Source of the DNA: Moniliella sp. 'wahieum'
Lineage: Eukaryota
Length of the DNA stretch: 64,000 bases
Direction of reading: 5' to 3'
NCBI GenBank assembly: GCA_003971905.1
Contig: RSEE01000025.1
Location: 62,001-126,000, forward strand
Shown here: piece after piece, positions 37,431 to 50,306 of the stretch
Layout: every line of letters begins with the position of its first letter
Numbering within the stretch: the first letter of the stretch is position 1
Notes under the pieces: generated by a model
Database searches by the model: none
Told to the model about the DNA's origin: nothing
The model's input: only the letters and a program-made list of their open reading frames with translations
Program-made: the position numbers and the translations under genes

Positions 37431-40400
37431 ATGTCCTTTCCCACGGCCGTCTAGGCCCCGTCCATGGCCACCAGCCTCAGCACCCGCACCCACACCCGCA
37501 CCCGCTCCCGCACCAGCGTCAGCACCATCTCCATCCGCATCACACCCAGCTTCACGACCGTCCTCCCCTCTTTATCTGCATGGCCCCTCCGCCTCAGCAC
37601 ACCCTAATGTCTCTGCCCATGCCCATGCCCATGCCCAGCCCTGGTCTCAGTCCCAGCCTCAGTACCCGATCCACCCACCACGCACCGTGCTCGCCCCCCC
37701 CGCCGCCAGCTCAGTACTCCCGTGACCTCCGACCACCCTTCTTCCGCCTTCACTCCTCTCCCTCCACCCACCCGCCATGCGCCACAACTCGACCCCGGTT
37801 GTGTCCATGCTCCCTCTCCTCCACCAAGCCCAGCCCCACCTCCCCCACGACAATCAGAGAGGCAGGGAACGCTCTTTGACCCAGCAAGGATGACCCCGTC
37901 ACCTTTGCAGCATCGCAGCGTGCGCTTTCTGGCCGATCCGCTCCGAGCCAGTCGTCTTCAGTGCGCTCTGACCAAAGTACCCCGGCCGCGCGCGACCCCC
38001 ATCGCCGCCGACGACGTGGCCCCGGTACGATGACATCGACCACATCGGCCGAGAGCGGCTCGGTCTCGGTCGGTGGCGAGGGGAGCACGAACGCAAGTGC
38101 CAAGGCTGCCGCCAACGGCTACATTGCCGACATCAAGCGCACCTATCGCGACATTGGCAAGCTTGAGACCGAACTTCAGACCTACCATGCCGCCGCGGTC
38201 AAGGAGCGATTGCCGCTCCCCGAGGCGATCAAATCGGCACTGGAACATGTGTCGACAAGCAAACGCCTGGCTCGGCTCCACGTCCATTCTACCAGCTGTG
38301 CTTGGGCCCTGGGTCGCTCGCCTCATGGCGTTCGCTCCCGACTGAGTATGCCATGACTGGCCGACTGTGGCAGGTAGCGTGTCACCCCATGCTGGAACAG
38401 CTGCGCCACCTCGCTCTTCGCATCATCTCCCACCCTCCCCCATCCTCTTCGCCCGTTCCATCCGCCAACCACCACTGCAATCCCTACAGCATCCGTTACC
38501 CTAACCTCTTCCGCTTCCGTTCCAACCCCAACCGAGAGCCTGATGGATCAGCTGGCAGATGCAGTTTACTTTGCCTACTATCTCTACGCCGAGTTGGTGG
38601 ACAATGAACTTTCCAGTCGATGCGCACCAATTTCCGCGAGTCGTTAGGCGACCTGGCGCGATATCGGATTGCGCTGTTGGGCCTCGAGTCGCAACTCGCC
38701 ACACGCCCGGATGGCCAGCAGGTGCGAAACAGCGCCCCTCGGCTCTTTCCTCCCCACGAATCCCCCGAAGGAGCGGGGTATGAAGAGGACGTCAACGGCA
38801 AGGCATCGATCGGGGCCGATGCGCTGGGCGACTGGGAGCTGGATGAGGCACACGTGTGGCGCGAAACAGCCCATGAGTGGTACACCCTAGCACTGTCGGA
38901 TGTGCCCGGTACCGGACGCTTGCATCACCACCTCGCCCTTCTCTCGCGCGAGAGGAGCTACGAATGCTGTACCATCTGGTCAAGGCTCTTACCGCATCCC
39001 ATCCCTTTGCTCCCGCCCGTGATGCGCTCGTATCGCTTTTTTCCTCCCGACTGCAACACGCCCGGGCGGGCAAGGAGGAAGTAACGACCCAATTTGTGTG
39101 GATCCATGGCCTGCTTGTCCGCCACAAAGGGCGGGGCCAATGGGATGCGGCTCTGGCAACGTTTTGGATCTGTTGGCGCGCGGCACGGTGGGCGAAGCGG
39201 ACCTGATGCGCATGCTCACCGTGAATCTGGCGGCTTTGTTTGAGTATGGTGCCGAGGGGGCTGAGTTGCAGGCGGCCTGGGATGATGTGCAGCGCTGCCG
39301 AGGGGAACACCGAGACGGAGCAGGTACCTGCCCACCTGCACCAGGCCGCCGAGCTGGCATTTGGCATGTTGCGCACTTTGCTCATCGGGTCCCAGAGGAA
39401 GGGGAGGATGGCCCCTCGGCCTACGTTACGGGGATTCTTACTTTTCTCCATACGGGATCAGTATACCGCGTGTGGCAAGCAAGTTACGTCGCTACGTACC
39501 GTGGGATTGCTTGTGGATCTTTCGTATCGTCTGCCGCAGGGCTTGCCCGATCCAAGCTTGCCTGGCGCGGAGGGCAAGGCGGCGCGCAAGGCGGCTGCGT
39601 TGGCAGCCAAAACCGGGGTGCAAGCAAGATTGGTTCGTCGCCGCCGCTGCCTGAGGATTGGGCCATGCGCGGGATGGGTGGATCGGACGGAAAGTGTACG
39701 AGCGCGGGTTTTGGACGTTCCGCCTCCACCGCCTACGGCACAAGCACGCAAGATGTGGAAACGTACCGCCTGGCCGGCTGCCCTGCGCTTTCAGACCGAA
39801 CGTGAAGCGCTGCGGTATGACGATGTGCAGTGGGATCCGTCTCCGGATGAGGAGGAGGAAGCGGCCCCATCGTCCCATGCTTCCTTTATCGGCCGTGTCG
39901 GCTGGGTCCATGGTCGGGACGGGTCAGCGTGGCTGTTCCCACCGGGCCTGACGGTTGTGGAACTGGTGGAACGGGTGCGGTGGAACCGGTTGGTCATTTG
40001 CTCGTCAGCCTGGCTCGCTTTGTGCCGGGCGTGGTCCGTGCGGGGGGGCTTGAGATCACAGCCCCCTTGACGGATGAGATGGAGCAATGGGCTGTGTTGC
40101 CTCGCCTGAGATGGTGATGAGTGCGTCTCCCAAGTCCGCGTCGCCTCCCTTGGTCGAGGCACCGCCCCTCGTGCCCGAGTCAATCGAGTGTGAGGAAGAG
40201 GCTCTCCAGGCGCGTCATCGCCTTTTGCGGCAAGTTCTGGCGGTCACTAACGCGGCACGTCCAGCGCAGGCGGATATCCGCTTCCCCCGCGCACGGCCGC
40301 TGAGGTGGGCAAGAAACGCTTGTGCTCGATACGAATGTTCTTCTGGTCGGGAGACGCAATGGAGATAGCGCCCTATATCGTCTCTTGGCAAAGGGTGGGA

Positions 40401-40801
40401 GGTGTGGTGGTGCCGCTGGCGGTGGTGACGGAGCTCGACGGGCTCCCGCTCCACACAGCCTCCACAGCAGCTGGGGCCAAGGATGCGTGGAGGAGGTGAG
40501 GCGGCGGGGAGAGCAAACGGTGGTGTCCGACAAGCCGGTTTGCCTGTTGTCGGATCTGAGCTGTCGGACAGAGACGATTGATTTTGCGCCGGTACCCGAC
40601 CTGTCCCTGCCACGGGCTCGGACACTGGATGACATTATCCTTCGCTTGGCCGTCTGGAACGCCGCCCAGCGCCGGACGCCCGACACGCATCCTGACGTGC
40701 CCCCGGCCGTCTTGGTTACTCACGATACCAATCTGCGCATCAAGGCGCGTGCCTATGGCGTTGCTGCTGCCGTCCCCACGCAGCTGGGGGTGAGCGACTG
40801 A
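37431..40801 (+). CDS. Est1/SMG6-like protein with Est1 helical domain and C-terminal PIN domain (frameshifted)
   Basis: ESLGDLARYR, WRETAHEWY...PGTGRLHHHLALL, LYHLVKALTASHPF and LPEDWAMRG. PIN motifs LDTNVLL, VPLAVVTELDGL, TLDDIIL and VTHDTNLRIKARA. Start codon uncertain. Confidence 0.85.
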
Positions 40802-41183
40802 TGCTGGCCGAGGGCAAAAGGCATGGCATGGCCGGGGAGTGTGCAACCAATGTATACTTGGAAATAAGAGTGCGTTGCTGGATAGCAGCCGGACTAGCGG
40901 GGGGAAGGGGGGGACACGTAGACGCGATGCCCGCGCGGCGGCGTGGCTGGGCGGCGGCGGCGGGTGGTGTGGGCTGTGGGAGGGGCGCAGCGGTGGCCGC
41001 GTGCGCACCTACTGGGACAGGCGATGGCGCCGCCCGCTGATATACTCGCACACAGTGTGCCGGAGCTGTCCAGCCCCCCCCCCGCTCGGCTTTGTAAATT
41101 GCATCTCGGCAGCTGTGACGCTTTCGCGCTTCGTCCTGCGATCCCCACTCGCTCCGTCCGTTCACTGCGCCACTCCACCCTCG

Positions 41184-44100
41184 ATGGCCGTGCCGGTGCC
41201 GGTGCGTGTGGATCGCACCCGCGCTAGCGTTCGCGCGGGCGCCACCGCCGCCGACGCCACCCGACCCGCGCTCAGCACCGCCACCACTGCCTCCGTCTCG
41301 ACCACCGCGGCCTCAAGCCCAGCCAGCAGCGCCGCCGAGGACGCGCCCCGCCCCCCAGCCTCAAGCCCAGCACCTCCATCCCGTCTCTCTCAGATTCGCT
41401 TTCGTCCCCCGCGCCCGCGCCGCGCGCCTGCGCACACACGCACACGCGGTGCCTCTGCCGCTGGTGCCGGACGCCCCGCCTCCGTTTGTAGCTGCTGCTG
41501 CCCGCCCAACGACCCTCCGCCTACGCCATCAGAGCCAGGCCCAAGCTGGTCTATGCAGCCCACAACGCAGCCCGCTCCGCCCCGCACCTTGTTCCTCCGC
41601 CCGCCCAACCGAGCCAACCCACCCCCCGCCCCCGCGCCTCCCTGCTCTGCCCCACACGCCCCAGCCTCCATCAACAAGCTCGGCCCCCATCCCCCCTGCA
41701 GCTGCACCGCATCCGGCTCCGCCGCCAGTTCCAGCCCCCGTCCCCTCCGTACCAGCCGCGCCGTCCCCGATTAGCAGGAGCAAGAGCGCCATTGCTTCTC
41801 ATGACGCCTCCCATCCTCCATCCACGTCGGCCAGGCGCGAACGCAAGGACACGCGCCTTGCGGCTGCCCTCAAGCCTCCTTCCGCCGGCGCCGTGTTGTC
41901 AGCCACGCCCCATCCGCCTCGCACGCCTCGGCTGCGGCACGGGCTGTTGTTGGGTCTGCTTCGGATCAAGCGCCTGTCATGGCCCGCACCCAGTCGGACG
42001 ATGTAGCACAGTGCTCTGCGTCTGTCCCTCCTGTGCCTCCGATGCTTCCGTGTTCGCCTTCGCTGTCGGCTCCCTCCACAGGCACACATCGCACTCCTTT
42101 ATCCCCCGTGCCTGCTACTCCGCCACCGCACCAGCCCTACCCGCTGTCATCCGGAACTACTTTAAAGGGCAAGCCCCACACGTTCGCCCCCTCGTCTCTG
42201 CACTCCACTTTACCGCAGGCGGAGACGCATCCGCCATCGATGCCTCCCCCGCTGCCCCTGCCGCCCAACCGCAAGATGGCCGAGTCCGGCAACGATGCAC
42301 ACCCCACGCATTGGGCTCCTCGCCCCCACGGCGCGCGCAAGCGCACTCTCTCCATACCCCGGCTCCGGGGCAAGAAGCGAGCTCAAGCTCAGGCTCAGGC
42401 TCAAGCTCAAGCGCAAGTTCAAGGGCACGATCGTACCCCTGCTCCAGATCAAGACAGCATACCTGCCGTTCCACCCCTGCCCACCGAATTTAAAGGCAGC
42501 AATCGTCATTCGTCTAACCTCGGCTTCCCTTCCACCCGCCAAAGTCGGGAAATCGCTTTGCCTTCGACCCTGCCAGGGAGGGAAGTGGACCGCCCGCTAT
42601 CGGGCCACTCGCGTTCGCGCACAGTTTCTCTCGCTTCGGCTGCCAGCTTAGCGTCCTGGGTGGGATTCGGGAAGGACAAGGACAAGGACAAAGGTAAGGA
42701 CAAGGACAAGGACAGGGACAAGGACAAGAAAATGAGCCACCTTACAGATAAGACTCAAGAAGAAGGCAAGAGCAGCAAGGAAAGGTGAAAAACATGTCCA
42801 AACTAGTTGAGCAGCCTCCACCCGAGCATTCAGCCAGCATTCGGTCGGCTCGCCCTCCATTTCGACTGCCCCTTCAGCCTATCGTACGCCATCGGACGTT
42901 CGCGCTGGCTCGAGGCATGGTCGGTCCGCATCGTACAACGGCTCCCTCTCTTCCCTTCTCACCCCGCCTTTATCAGCCCGCAGTCCACCAAGTCCACAGG
43001 TTGTTTTCTCCGATTGCTGGATCTCCCTCCATGCCGACTGCGAGCGAGGCGGGCCACACGCCGAGGGCCATCACCTAGCCTCAGATGCAACCCCAGACGA
43101 GGAAGTGGTGCGTCTCTCCCCGATTCCCCATCCAGTTCCCGATTCACCCGGGCCAGCTCTCCGCCACAGGAGGCGGATAGGCAACTCCCTTTTATGCCCG
43201 AAACTTGCCGGCACCAGCAAGGCCAGACCAAAGGAACGGTCAGGCTCCGTGGGTACGCTCTTGACCAGTTTGACGCCTGGAAATAACAAGGACAAGGAAA
43301 AGGACAATGACAATGACAAGGACAAGGCTCAGGGAGATGAGTTGCCTCCGCAAGCGACTCGGGTGTCCACAAACCTTCTTTTTCCACAATGCTGTCAAAG
43401 AATGAGTCGATTTATGCCCAGGATTCTTCTTCGGGAGTAACGGTGGGTACGCTGGGTGTTCCCTCGCTGGCTCCACCCCCCCTCGTCCCAGCTCGCCCTC
43501 CCGCTACCGGTTTGGCAGGCGCAGAGGCAGTGCCGAACCCCCTCAAGCTCATGGCTCTGGCCATGGCCATATGCATCCCCTCTTGGTCAGCCAAGCATCG
43601 TACTGCCCCCCCGTGGCCTCTTTTCGCATCTTGCCTCTTTTAGGCTGAAGGACTCTGCCTCTCTCTCGTTGCCGCACCCCCGACCGCAGGGGACAGGACA
43701 CGCGCAACACCCCAGCTAGCAGCCCATTCGCCCACGGTAAAGAAAGGGGGGCAACATCCTCTCTCTCCACTGCGGACTGCGAGCCCAGCACACCAGTCGA
43801 CCCATTGGCGAAGGCAGGTTGAAAACCCAGCAGGGCGTATGGCTGATGGGCGTGTGGCATGGCCCCCCCGGCATACACCCTATGCCAACGCGGTGGGATC
43901 CGGCCCGGAAGATTCCCCGCTGACCGCACCGACCGACGGTCTGAGGATTCTTCCCTAGCATACCCCACAATGGTCGAAAGGACGGATGTGTATCGCCCCC
44001 CTTCCCCCCAGGCGTCGTCCACTTGGGCTGCTGACTTGCAGTGCGACTTTAACTCTCGAATTTGGTGTTCCTACCGCAGTCATTTCCCGCCCATTTCCCG

Positions 44101-47069
44101 AGATGGGCAGATCAGCGAGACGGCCAGCACGGCGGCTGAGGTGGATCCGGGCGGGGGGGTGGATCCGTTGGGACAGCGGGACGAGGCCGAAGAAAATGGA
44201 CGATGGGCGGAACGGTGGGGAGCGCCTATGGCCGGGTTGTGGTCCCGCGCGGTGGCTGCGGCCCAGTCGGCCGGCTTGGCGCGGGGAGGGATCACAACCG
44301 ATGCCGGGTGGGGCTGTATGTTGCGGACGGGCCAGTCTCTGTTGGCCAATACGTTGGTGACTGTAGCGCTGGGTCGCGATTGGCGTCGTCCGATGCGCCC
44401 ACCGGCGGTGGGCGCGATGCAGATAGTCACGACTATGCTGCCTATGTTCGCATCTTGACCTCGTTTTTGGACAGCCCGTCGGGGCGAGTGCCCTTTTCGG
44501 TCCATCGCTTTGCCCAACAAGGCGCTGTGCTCGGAAAGGCTCCCGGAGAATGGTTTGGTCCCTCGACAGCGGCAGGCGCCATCCTGCGCTGTGTGGCCGA
44601 GCGCACCCATACGCTGTACCAACGCGAGACGATGGATTACCTCCACTCGCCGTTGTGCTCGCCCATGACAGTACTGTGCACGCTCACCAAGTCCTTTCTG
44701 CCTGGTACTGCACCGGTTTGGCCGGTGCCAGGATGCGACCCTTACGCTGCTCCCAACCCCTTGTACCGCCCTGGCCCCACACGGTGGGCACGAGCTTGAG
44801 CCTGAGCCCGAGCCCTTTCGCCGAGCCGTGCTTATCTTGGCTGGCATGAGGTTTGGGTTGGAGAAGGTGCACGAATCGTACTACGATGATATCAAAGTAT
44901 GTTCCCTCGAGATGGTTATGGTCCGGTATTGACACTGTTCTCCAGGCTACGTTCACTTTTCCCCAGAGCGTCGGGATTGCCGGAAAACCATCATCTTCGT
45001 ATTACTTTGTTGGTCTGGACAGCAGCAACGACTCGCTTCTCTACCTTGACCCGCACCATGTTCGCCCGGCCGTGCCTCTTCGCCGGGAGATGGGATGAAT
45101 GGCTGTGTACGGCCTACACGCCGGCTCAGCTGGATAGTTACCATGGTGGGAAAGTGCATCGGATGCCGCTCAAGATGATGGACCCAAGCATGTTGCTTGG
45201 CTTTCTTGTTCGTTCCCGGGCTGAGTGGGACGATTTCGTTCTCCGGCTGGCAGCGTTACCAAAACCCTTACTTTCCATCAACTCTCGCCCACCACCCTCT
45301 TCCAACTCGACCAAGCCAACTTCGTCCCCCAGCTGGGCGGATGACGATGGAGTGCAGTCCCTTTCCGACTCGAGCGAGGGGGAAGATCAACACGAGGACA
45401 GCGATGAGGGCGAGAGAAATGAGCTGCAGCCTGCAAATGCTGATCCTGGGACTGAGGAGAGCACAACGGCGAGATGCCTCGCTCGACGACGGAGCAAACT
45501 ATTTGCCCCGATTCTCGGGCTCCGTTACCTCCTGAGCAAGGGGAACGCGTCAGCAACGAGGCCGAGGCGGAAGGGGCACCATTACTTTCGGATGAACTTC
45601 CTATACTACTCCTCGCCCTCCAATCCAGGAAACTCCTGCCCAGCTACCCTTCCCGCGCAAAGTCTCTGTGCCCCTCCAGCCTTTTCCTCAATTAAGGGAG
45701 GATCCCATTCCTGATCCTATCCACGCCGAAACTGGCTCATTGAACCTTCACCCGCACCCTTCTCCACACCAGCTTCAGTGCGAGTTGGAGGTGCATCTAC
45801 AGCGAGCGAAGAATCTGGGGTTGACGTGACAGAGATGGTTCCGTTGGTTCCCGTTTCTTCTCCCATTGACCCCACTGCGATACACAGTCCGCCTTCGGCT
45901 CATGCCGCTGCTGCTGTGGCCGCCGGGCTGCTGCCGCAACGCCGCGCAATCGTCGAACAGGTCCCTTGCGTGGCACGCATCCTTCCGATACTATCTCGCC
46001 TATGCCCATTGTCACAAGGAGCAGCCCGTATGAGGCATCCGATATCCCTTACCGCCACAGCGGCGGCAGACTGCCTTCTTTGACCCTTCTTCCTCTTTGA
46101 GCGATCATCACCCAACGGACTTACCCCGTCCGCTGCCCGACGTGATGTCTTCGCCTCAGGTCCTGTTCCCCTCGGCGGGCGAGGACCAAGCCCAACCACC
46201 CCCTTTCGTCACCACCACGGCATCCTCCGCGAAGTCCTCCCCTCCCTCACCTACTCCAATACGCCAAACCGACGGCGACGGTCCGTGGTATGCGGCTGAG
46301 TCTTTGGGCGTCGAACCGCCTTTTGAGCCAGAGAGAGGGAACCTATGCCGGTGCCGGCTGATGGGTCTACGGTTGACGACCTGATCCCAGAGCACCCAGC
46401 ATCCCCCCCCGCTCTTCTTGCAGAAGCAACCGAAACCAGAGCCATCGGGCCACGAGCAAGGGGAAGCGGTAGAACCATCAGAGGATGAAGGTGCAGTGCT
46501 TCATCATGATTTGAGCACGATGGCCATCAGTGGCCATTCTGTCTCTTCGTTATCATCCTTCTTGCCATCTCCGCCTGCACCAAATGAGGTGTCACCTTCG
46601 AGGTCCGATAGCCTTGGGGTGGGCGTACTGTCCCAGCCAACCTTTTTGGATGGGGGACATGGCACGGATTCGGTCAACTCGCTCCTGACATACCCCGAGG
46701 ATGGAAGTGCGGGCCTGTTGGCAGCCTGCCACCTCACTGGAGCATCTTTCCTCTTCCTCGCATGCACCCGGTGCACCAGATATAAACACCGTTCTTCCGC
46801 ATCCCATTCCTCTCCCCTTTCCCATCACGCCGAGCGAGGTCGCCCCCCCGTTCGAGGAGGAATCCTAGCACAATGTGGCGCCGCCTCTCTCCTCTTTCTT
46901 GGGGCGCTTCCCCAGAGAGGGGTTGGAAACTTGATTCTTGTTGCTTTGTGACCATAACATATCCTTTCCTCTCCCGCCTTTTTCTCGATTTCCCCGCTCA
47001 CATATGGCTTCATCATGGGTTGACTAACGCCCCCCTCTCTCTATACTTGCAGTCCACAGCTGTATTTGA
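41184..47069 (+). CDS. ATG4: Autophagy cysteine protease Atg4 with long low-complexity extensions (core about 44040-45260; ends uncertain)
   Basis: [51 protein letters not shown] and [10 protein letters not shown]. Introns and frameshifts present. Confidence 0.85.
42672..42728 (+). repeat. (AAGGAC)n coding repeat (KDKD)
   Basis: Tandem hexamers inside the Atg4 N-terminal region. Confidence 0.8.
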
Positions 47070-47451
47070 GGATCGCATTCTTCAACGTGTCCAAGTCTCA
47101 CTAGTCTCACTGATCTAGAAACCGCACCGCCGGAACGCAGCTGCGGCCGCTCGACGGAGCCGAAGCCCCACATTATGAGTACTAAGTTTGGCTGAGATAG
47201 CGAAGGACATTAGCTCTGGTGGCGGTCTGTACATTTGGCAACAAGCGAACTAGTGCCCCGCCTATAATACCTACCTCCCAAAATACACTCTGGGGGCACT
47301 CGTCTACTGGTAGTCCAATTATTACCCGGATTTACCCCGCTTTCCTGCCGTCGATTACATAAGGTAACACTTTTGGCCACCAGACTCACTTTTTTGCCGC
47401 GATTGTGGATGGCTCGGCCAACCACCCTTCCAGTCAGTCCACTTGCAGCCC

Positions 47452-48655
47452 ATGTCGAAACTCAACGGCCTCAACGTTGGGCGCCGCCCCAACGAGGATT
47501 ATGTGGCTCCTACGCCACAGAATACACCACTCCAAACCCAGCCTTTGACTCGCGAAGCACTCAGCCGCCCCACTGTCGGTACCGTCGAGGAGGAAGAGGA
47601 GCTGCTAGCGGCCCAAGCGCCCACTGAAGCGGCAGCAGCAGCGCTGGTCCGGGACCGAGACCTAGCAGCGCTGCTCGGCTCTGGTCCAAACAAAACAAGG
47701 CATGCCAGCCGCGTTGGCAGAACAGTTACCAGTGTACATTCGACGCCGCCTTGCCGGTCTCGAGGGGCTCCAAGCTCAGCACCTGGCCCTGGAGGCTGAG
47801 TTTGAACGGGAGGTGATGGAGGTGGAGCGCAAGTTTGAGAGCAAGTTTGCAACCGCTCTATAACGAGCGCATGAACATTGTGCGTGGCGTTAGTGAGCCC
47901 TCAGCGGAGCTGGTTGTTGAGGGGAGAAGGCCACCTCTGCTCGGGCAGGCAAAGACGAGGCACAAACAAGTTTGGCTCCGGTTTCCGCCCGCCGAATGGC
48001 CAAAAGGGACTGCCCATGTTCTGGCTTACTGTCCTGCACACCCACCCTGGCTTTGCTGAGGTCATGTCAGAGCGGGACGAGGAGGCGCTGCGTTCGCTCT
48101 GGGACATTCGTTCGGAACAGCTTCCGGCATCCGGCCCACCTGGTTTTAAGTTAACGTTCGAGTTTGACCCGGCCAACGAATACTTTACCAACAGTACCTT
48201 GACCAAGACGTACATTTATTCCGAGGAGGTGGATCGCGCTGGGAACTTGATTTTCGATCACATGGAGGGCACCAAGATCGAGTGGCGTAGTAGCGACAAG
48301 GATCTCACCACCCGCGTTGAGTCCAAGAGGCAACGCAACAAAACACCACCGAACGACCCTTGTCCTTAAGCGCACTGTTTCCGACCGATTCTTCTTCTTT
48401 AACTTTTCAGCCCGGTACAAGCATCCCCAAAAAATGAGGGCAACGGTACGGATGACGAGGGGTGGACGAAGCGCTGCTGCAGATGGAGTACCGGTTGGGT
48501 GAAGAGCTTAAGGACCGGGTTATACCCCATGCCATCCAGTTTTTTACAGCGAGGCCCTGGACTTTGGGTACTTTGACGAACTCGACGAGGTTGAGGATGG
48601 AGACGAGGAGGACGACCTAGAGGATGAGGAAGATGAAGATGAGACTGAGTACTGA
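47452..48655 (+). CDS. NAP1: Nucleosome assembly protein (frameshifted)
   Basis: APTPQNTP, PLYNERMNIVRG, KGLPMFWLTVL, GFKLTFEF, NEYFTNSTLTKTY, GEELKDRVIPHA and an acidic tail. Confidence 0.9.
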
Positions 48656-49784
48656 GTACTTATTTGCCTCCTCGCTCATTGGCCGGACCACAGGAGTGCC
48701 TCTCCGTAGTAAGGCGACTGCTTTGTCCTCCCCCTTGTTGGCTTAATTCCAAAATCATTTATTCCTTCTCGCTGTAAGGCCTGTCAGCCGGCAGCAAGAG
48801 CCATGCATGTCTGACGCCAAATGAGTGTTCCAAAGGTTACTTGACGCAATGAGATTAAGAGCCAGTTCTATCACGTAGATGCTGATTCTGATATGTGAAG
48901 TTGCCCAGCCCTATCGGGCGCGAAGAAGTAGTTGGGCGCCCCAACGCTGGGTTTTGTTGCCAAGTTAGGACTGGGTCATTGAAGTGCTACCGCGAGGGAG
49001 ATCAACAGGTTCCAGCCGCTTCAGCATCAAACTTACGCGCTGTGCCATTTCAGGGCCACCTGTCGCTTCCCGCGGAGCAGAGCAATTCTGGCGTCCACAA
49101 CAGCCGGATCAGACACATCAGCATTGGGGCTAGTGCTGTCGCACACATGGATTTTCAGCCCATTCTTGGGCCACCTTAGGGGCATATACAAGACATGGAT
49201 GGCCCTCGAAGGAAGAAAGGGGGGTGTGGTGGGGGAAGACACTGGCTGGGGCCAGGAAGCGGTGGAGGAGGCCCAGGGGCGCGAATTGGGGGGCGCAGCG
49301 GCGGGGAGCAACAGATCGCTGGGCCTGGTGTCCGCCGCCAGCACGTGACACTGCACAGTGACATGAGACGGACTAGTGGCAGCGTGAGCTGCCACATCAC
49401 TGTGATGTGTGGTGCTGGTCCCATACCACAATTGATTACGCCGTTGGCCAAACATAGACAGCGCCTCCGTGCGGGTCTGCCTATTTTTGTTGCTCCGCAT
49501 GGAGGCAGTGTCTCCAACCCTATTCCGTCCCGGCCCTCTACGCTTTCTGCTCGCTGGTGGCCTCGTCGCCCACCAGGGCAAGCTTCTGACCATCGTCAAC
49601 GAGGTGAGTTTGACTCTGTCTCTACGTGCCAGGCGCGCGTGAGCGCCATCGGGGCACGGCCCCTGCCATTGCTCGCACGCCAGTGGTTCATGGTATAGGG
49701 CGGGGCGCCGGTCGTCTCGGCTGGACCTGGAGGATGGGCCTGGGTACTAACCGCACTGCAACGCGTTTGGCAGTTTTGCAAACG

Positions 49785-50154
49785 ATGGTCAACGTTCCCA
49801 AGACTCGCCACCACTACTGCAAGGGCAAGGACTGCAAGAAGCACACGTTAGTATTCCCGTGTTTTTATATGGCCAAGAGGGACTAACCTCCCAACAGCCC
49901 CCACAAGGTCACCGTACAAGACGGGTAAGGCCTCGCTCTACGCCCAGGGTAAGCGTCGTTACGACCGGAAAGCAAAGGGTTACGGTGGTCAGACCAAGCC
50001 GTCTTCCCCAACAAAGGCCAACGACCGAGAAGGTGGTGCTGGCGTCTGGATGGCTCGGCTTGCAAGTACCGCTCGCACGTCGCGCTCAAGCGCTGCAAGC
50101 ACTCGAGCTTGGTGGTGACAAGAAGCAAAGGGTGGCTGCGCTCTCTCGTTCTAA
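49785..50154 (+). CDS. RPL42: 60S ribosomal protein eL42 (error-rich here)
   Basis: [18 protein letters not shown], intron 49847-49897, [24 protein letters not shown] and LKRCKH.ELGGDKK. Probable 5'UTR intron about 49604-49773. Confidence 0.9.
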
Positions 50155-50306
50155 ATGCTCGAGCATGCTGCTTGTTGCCAGCCTGTACATTTTTTACCTG
50201 CTGGCCAGAGTCCTCGGTGTCCCTGTGGACCTCCCAACCCCCGGAGGGACTTGGCTTTGCCAGGGGCACGTCGGGACCCCCTTCTATGCCGCAGCCAAGT
50301 GTGCTG

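Noticed and set aside
41184..44040. Separate novel gene upstream of the Atg4 protease core
   Set aside because: Continuous low-complexity coding-like sequence runs into the core, and long extensions occur in basidiomycete Atg4. A split cannot be excluded without RNA-seq.
49975..50030. eL42 cycloheximide-resistance allele (P56Q)
   Set aside because: The sequence reads GQTKP, the sensitive type, and the segment is error-rich.
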